Source of the DNA: Aduncisulcus paluster
Taxonomy: Eukaryota
Assembly: GCA_024181965.1 (NCBI GenBank)
Contig: BQXS01011556.1
Coordinates: 1-35,897, forward strand
DNA length: 35,897 bases
Direction of reading: 5' to 3'
The notes beneath the pieces were generated by a model. That model saw only the letters and a program-made list of their open reading frames with translations. It ran no database searches and was not told where the DNA came from. The position numbers and the translations under genes are program-made. Positions 33,901-35,897 of the stretch are shown in pieces (position 1 is the first letter of the stretch; every line of letters begins with the position of its first letter).

Positions 33901-34748
33901 TTAGTATTGACACATCATATGTTGATAATCTTCAATTCCAAGAGACCACTTCTCTAACTATTAATCAGTGTGGAGCTTCTAAAAATAGCATCAATACCGG
34001 TGGGAATGAGATTCATGTGAAGAATTGGATGTGGGGTCGTGATTCACGTGAGCAAGAATATGATGGGTTTTCTTCTGATTTCTTATTGCTTGATAATGAA
34101 GTTGCTCCAACTTTTTATGCAACAATTCTTAGCGGAGCTTCAGATACCCTCATCGATTTCAACACAAAATCCTCACCGATGGCCATTGAAGTCCAAGAAG
34201 ATCCTGCTTTGGCTTTACGTCTCGAAATGCTTAGAAGAGTCAGAGGATACGATGACATTTCATTGCTTGATTCTAAGGTTGAATCTCAACTTGGAGTTGG
34301 CCAAGAGAGTGATTATGCATGCATGTGTGAATATCTTGCCTCGGAGAGCCATTCTAGCAGTTCAACGACTTGTTTCCTTTCACGTCCTCATCCAGATACG
34401 TTTATTTTGACTCAACCATTGAGTTCCCTAAGAGTTCATGTATTCGATGGATTAAAACGTTTGGGAAAAGAAGAAGGAAGATCGATGATTCCATTCCAAA
34501 ACAAAACGATGGTCAGTGTTCACGAATCTTACATTCATTATCACGATGCTTTGTATAAAAAGCTTGTCACTGTTAAAGATTCTATTCCTTTTCACTGGAA
34601 ATGGATTAGAAATGGAATTGTATACACTCTTTTCTTGATCAGTGCCGTTATATCGTTTTTCTTGATCTATCTTCTCATTAAGAAAGTATCAGTGTTTTGT
34701 AGCTTGAAAGATGTCCAGATGTTTATATATGCTCGGAGGAATCATTGA
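21939..34748 (+). CDS. 4269-aa multi-pass membrane protein with TmcB/TmcC-like architecture
   Basis: Uninterrupted 12.8-kb ORF. It has an N-terminal cluster of roughly 8-10 hydrophobic segments, a long cytosolic-looking region including YELCVAAHPYSVIPHIVFARW (TPR-like), and four TM-long loop-TM modules. The ORF is secure; the family call is inferred from architecture only. Confidence 0.8.
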   Translation: MPFSSNIDERFSPSKLKFFLSSGIFPIKTSISRIIASLDVVLPSLNEIISSVGYLLPICIFVLYLGFSLLNVVPCAFSETVASFHENISPLLVRISIYLCCFIVPLCYLLVYVLGRRCSVFLCHIAQPLTRVETIPANEQVIFSKFNRLMAVLCIFFIRIVFTTLSPCLLHPFFSLYQQNISLSDVLMCVLLCIVAVAGLTLNFLFNDVSSSSIPFLRLPFSVITPANHRIFSIVPIINILAPVFAVFSPSIGDSMAIFLSLFLASYFVKKRPCSSHHVNSSLAAFVIAWVAFSMVRILLYFIFYTDSSIPQCISHDTDSLFTKFRNEICDIYCERSSPFSSGWVFGCFYLFLFVLLFIIATCIFEHIFHGFLSNIIEHMYALGTGGSEPTCVVSKVKASELSHGYFSELLTYSKTQILRRLRKAHSGLAIPKVYSSITQDKSYKFNLFDTNSQAMFNMHGRPLISGPGIAPFVEKVSTDSECDAKSFLSDIGPPLNGGTLACVLFGIPIFVVETVLWWLLVIIYSFIYVIFQPHRIHLWRMLKKEKILQSKYEMLEFIHERIPHVEKIQPIPHLRNQISTSSHPNHLNLESLINTSASPPDILRIVDKKSKMRKRRGEEEEEEKGKESSRSSSSHSSHSSINRHIHSEEYSSSSSSLSVFEVPEISGNIQVIQLDDEDKAGIKKEDVKVIIEKEKEEEEEEERKSQEMKQERKESKKKKKKRKRNKGAENDIFEDLESTSIDELRSKYSHLEKEVKKLEESLMKPNPFPSPGDLFLSSPFLSFGHSLRLELRKSEYEKHEQLELEESILAQKAEEEALIERSLFTSANIGHVQQHMIDERDALDAIENKMQAMIDKWILEFNITFGENAQVSHEVRCYSPIYKFLFFGLKLHQCMFFPSISCLIIRLGTYILLRRVKKLKYESLVTPVRKFCVDFDIFRENGHSYLSFFKFQSRTWLTLSKRKNVLKRIIETHCRKFLPFFTSKPPSIISHIDDDIIWKKYEEKYYSNSLQNMPDMKYLFSSNLFSPEMYFLLLDISVSARLKNNRIYDNAKEKLGEEKTWMTPQRNFTSRTNPYNLPHDLDHNYDEPCIIGVDMFQMPESLETVFSYFKRYIMEPLTIRAFSQSDKYRILQETTLRMRNGGPGNRDGNFSFTTGFPGLSLQNGDISYGDGSDFGFIFGEVINRTNESILGMSDESFRRLQYLSKEDRQQPKTLQVHPISQPWYKVFHRRITSHISSILSTLWCKHSFSFGDRGGTGRRKILHLFSKAPITFPIFSYVYELCVAAHPYSVIPHIVFARWSGLAIGDVDSGLSVVGTIRRRQYRQVNSVEDANSMLPLLSLRRNTELCSFSRYSKNIACSRNKSKSNLKPNMKFSRLQINSFAQDKLEGESPKSVLFEEKWDRYILSFSECVSGPHEYLSPTKCEDALLMRIEATCTAVASNLLRHNSKMLFSIKKALSKLIMENSSLQGPMFPSITSPFTGVGKQAIANPEQKHANPGNGKDNKKSENPSSKKKSTIKVSISVSVDELNYIALLLCAEKIGRWTLLPVLEQRVFLMYSIFRHLSFLPGCLAYQAHEVSSYASTAYTLIRREYLTHNIGIMARNSDVKRYAYGDVSNQLSQFISRKFLKHPGGSGSNPHPASSNPVHSSSSSSVSQSNSKFRQNPGPHARSLSPSPSPALGVDGVSNGNLRMKHHAYERSGARVAEHSKVLYSSAYPHAFKTITFPFDEENIIIHRLALYDKICSIYRYVCGEDHVWCSLLLCMRDHLFVCEETVRVLIDKTALNVSKSLEKAAIRYLNGTMPSPSKYKHLTNMKSILTAQRRIASKKYNHLYIVKEKQPPKHQEKKVGSAATVAVPSGSKSTAPTVVPSVPPGVPKIDTANNSISVPTAPEKQSVVKPDESVPTTKDQRILTLQDMTFLQQISIDNSTVNGQTFLIDVDEDSTIQRDKERRRQEKLLRNSKSLRFEKPIGYTNEVVSLPCALDGENSVRILLLSSPLQSQEYVHTFAFFQLLRQSSFDTNNQNPISHSIFEFPPVPRYPDKLSRFHVRKRPPTRFARDLNCDLWEIEKKREVSAESTSWVGKKKKDIKERLMAECNLDNIKLVKEVIPYKSDWRKQVQALIMKSMQSRRESCILGFARVVWALLSLLGVLVILISIISIVTNIRYQVSVSNLQQIMAERNHIFADLIYASSVYKTTYEGMSPFQSNSRAILFGKQIRSLSYALLELEYRVEEAMASVYDGSLTASEMHLQLRRIYGGGLESFNLNMDIGALVFSRKRSLLDYRESFGRYAQYRLKRKDLFSNEKDIDDLVDKSYPYCGTEEEDIIDLSNTFVSNPLNYMNLAYSDAEFGHFINSLLLSKESQNLKKSHFIQQEKDKLGISNISTSVSKTFIDPFVNLTPPQAIKIFANLMIHLSKHENRELFASILDSLSVFENLMAPSESAEAVISYLLDDNNFSHVHQPSMTYPITSSDSKATSSPSSVGIEFARVFIFTGMNLPVYISQESMIVTSILNKLDGFSLTGTLSLVILVLLFITLIISMVVLTVASLHMNYFSTNLAVNSKVFISNQQCADKLLLSDKIFVYSLGAMRHLTPQEIGCTAPFYPEINTSMNTFSEPRVQPSIGSLSFNESVSFIHASGVCNYACSLYSTAGKAPIFEDPEHTTLTVGGSRRHSSHTGNHSAAAHTGNHERGHHVVLSSTTTTVERGEGRGEKTGGSGKPKEVAPTSTKQSDKESIISDKKHGQLHEKTEKVVQLITERIQRNQMARMQNAFVSSPFESTEDSLSDMDMLGGCDVLDKRFNPSDTHVIETATNNLLAQICEYSQPPTSNLCDLQLKKRNPKRSKFSLFDECKCVKDKMRDREHIRIVSRGPKSSYTAHRKIVRSIDWMDKGSLSPSWIIGVLFALGGCITIAYYQNGQHSLLKAHGEFSLSHPQALKAIISKITENMSIVQFGLNYVASGDVESAVAYKKMLNTLMLSESIQQFMRMAREESDGTSLFSSLYEYFESVMNIISVIQPMMGRRRQYDLMSGNIERMEETVFLEHLDYSFIEYVQFDGFYSDDLRDNYENMVNWCENGFGIHPEYIERMFIGEKRKIRDDIVLICPVVDYYRPLWRTEQDIRNFFSCDLFLDAVTQVETSKSSLINAVVNTSAFVRSDSSWLGTFNNQQGLPWTAESTSNINSRNLSITTQKNVILLMLVLGTILHCIVVIVKQVRKCMKLDKKIMTQYDYLDGSDNFFKILSWKQSIVISLTSSIFYTLLVIALFVLLMFESILLHFQNSGINDINSEHLTTLMYTEKYLNDFLVTQIPYYSRAQLKHDVTNIENAASLMELYYSNNPELYQQMKTYKSINNDKEYVLENLLMQLAVASDSDVVKAYIDNQRYNAGDSVSMDADYLSSFNAVHPGVKSITAGLSSLISPPPGVLSLRTLIKLHGQQMIYRALALRILSASIGEDFNEFCEARLNSIPIFSVGHQWRNADEGRKLHRSGGMYRTKESEQEMAWYSLAEEFYLHVYQDQGDNLHISKNIGDISSNQWNSLLHHYEIKYSQCLAEKQLNEDVFCSPPSKQTHDLILPLTLTGDAHWAFQRILVSVKTFFDSSVISMRNLTEKVFNDPTFVNVRNCAYLFCLLLFLTAPIIIVIYLRHFLICSAFYVSVQDFDGSNRVLPAISEKYKKSKKLAKKISGSSSAVIPSSYSSREGSSLSLPKHQRDKDNIVDCGCFSDSSKISQLSSEHGSTNGISSSDYPMETLNVHVSNSTPSSCQVFVRERCCIFLMFAITSVLLILVIICGANFQDGFHYTSNSMIFFSLEDIFSSSAMALSLFQRGDDLMTRHMAKHMLQHTFRAEICAVLASIGKKGINIGYGSILPYIQTIVDAKEVEEASNADDGTLPLFNNTSRHVYNHFSISDELREEILDPESISTFHEIFIPYIVSLSSMAFADIHADSQRIDNMSSMLHQLSADVQPGDDDPRYSCHLVSPISQFLAKSLRFISIDTSYVDNLQFQETTSLTINQCGASKNSINTGGNEIHVKNWMWGRDSREQEYDGFSSDFLLLDNEVAPTFYATILSGASDTLIDFNTKSSPMAIEVQEDPALALRLEMLRRVRGYDDISLLDSKVESQLGVGQESDYACMCEYLASESHSSSSTTCFLSRPHPDTFILTQPLSSLRVHVFDGLKRLGKEEGRSMIPFQNKTMVSVHESYIHYHDALYKKLVTVKDSIPFHWKWIRNGIVYTLFLISAVISFFLIYLLIKKVSVFCSLKDVQMFIYARRNH

Positions 34749-35616
34749 TCGATCATCGATTGATCAGCAATCTCAAGTTGAGAATCTCAACTCAAGCTGT
34801 CTCAAGTAAAATCAACTTTAATCTTACATAACTGGAACAATTAACCGGTGTTGATCCGAAGTTGTGGTGACTGTTTAAGACAGTGTGTCTCACAGACATG
34901 AAATTTTAAATAAACATATAAAATAGATATTTATTAAAAATCGTATTCACGTTTGCCCATTAATTTTTCAATAAATGGTCTTATAAAAAAGATAACCCTG
35001 CACTATTAAACAACAATATTTTTAATTTTCTGTTGAATATATTCTTCTTAAATGAAATAATAAATGCTATTCCAATCGATGAAATATTTTCCCCTATTAT
35101 ATTTCCGAAGATCATCAATCTTCAAATGTCATGTTTTATTCTTGCTGTGGTGCATTTCTCCATTTTTAAAAAATGGATTTTTTGAATAAATGGGAAATAT
35201 TATTAAAGAAAAATGAATTAATAAATCTTAAAACTCAAATATCACAGATATAATATCTAACCATTGTAATAGCATTTTATTATAAAAATATCATAATAAA
35301 TCAAATTAAAAGAAAAATATCTTCTTATTTATTGATTATTGTTTTTATATAGTGCACCTTATCAAGGCCATAATAAAATCAATTTTACCACTTAAATGGC
35401 TAATAATTTTGATGAAAAAAATAAGAAAACTTCTTTATTGGAAATGAATAAAACTATTTATGACTGATTATCTATGATCATCAAAAAGTCTATATGGGAT
35501 ATTTGCAAGGTCTTTTTTTGGTAAAATGGTATGTAAAAAATTTTTTTAATTATAATTTAATATTCGAATAATTATTACAGATGATCTTTTTTTTATACTT
35601 TATTTTAATTCAAATG

Positions 35617-35658
35617 ATCACCGGGGGATGCTGATAGTACCCCCCTCCCCCCGGTGAT
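35617..35658. other. GC-rich 11-bp inverted repeat (hairpin) in AT-rich DNA
   Basis: atcaccggggg (35617-35627) pairs with cccccggtgat (35648-35658), leaving a 20-nt loop. Confidence 0.6.
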
Positions 35659-35856
35659 TATCCAACCCGACTGCTCTTTTTTCCCGTGATTTTTGAGGGG
35701 GGTCCCTTTTTGCCCCTTTATCCCGGCATTTTTTTCATTTTTATAAAGTAAAGTGGCCGTTTTTCGATGTTTATTTTTATTTCTCCTAAATTAAGAAAAA
35801 AAATAAAAAAATAAAATGAATTATTAATAAAACTTAATAATATTATTATTTTTACA

Positions 35857-35897
35857 ACGACTACGATTCTCACTTCTCAGAGAAATATCTTTCCATT
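35857..35897 (+). repeat. Exact direct copy of 3097-3137 (internal Sec7-gene sequence), running to the window end
   Basis: acgactacgattctcacttctcagagaaatatctttccatt is identical at both sites, 32,760 bp apart. Confidence 0.95.

Noticed and set aside
22469..34558. Numerous 60-150-aa ORFs overlapping the giant gene in other frames
   Set aside because: They are typical shadow ORFs of a long coding region and carry no motifs.

Overview
AT-rich, gene-dense, intron-poor eukaryotic DNA. It is probably a free-living fornicate metamonad resembling Aduncisulcus; this is an inference from the kinase family and sequence style. From left to right the window holds: (1) a >2380-aa BIG/GBF-type Sec7 Arf-GEF gene on the minus strand, with a 78-bp intron, running off the left edge and interrupted by an exact tandem triplication (1906-3097); (2) a divergently transcribed cis-prenyltransferase-like gene with a degenerate active site; (3) cytidine deaminase; (4) glycerol kinase; (5) two different, decayed, tail-to-tail fragments of restriction-like-endonuclease (CRE-like) non-LTR retrotransposons, neither with an RT domain; (6) a protein kinase with two N-terminal ~170-190-aa repeats; (7) a 4269-aa multi-pass membrane protein with TmcB/TmcC-like architecture. 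The last 41 bp exactly copy 3097-3137, starting at a breakpoint of the triplication. The most notable points are these. The 769-bp frameshifting duplication could be removed exactly as a GT-AG intron using a duplicated CAG|GT site, although an assembly artefact is equally plausible. The two head-to-head genes both look like pseudoenzymes (Sec7 glutamate finger apparently replaced by Asp; cis-PT GNRR changed to GVEL).
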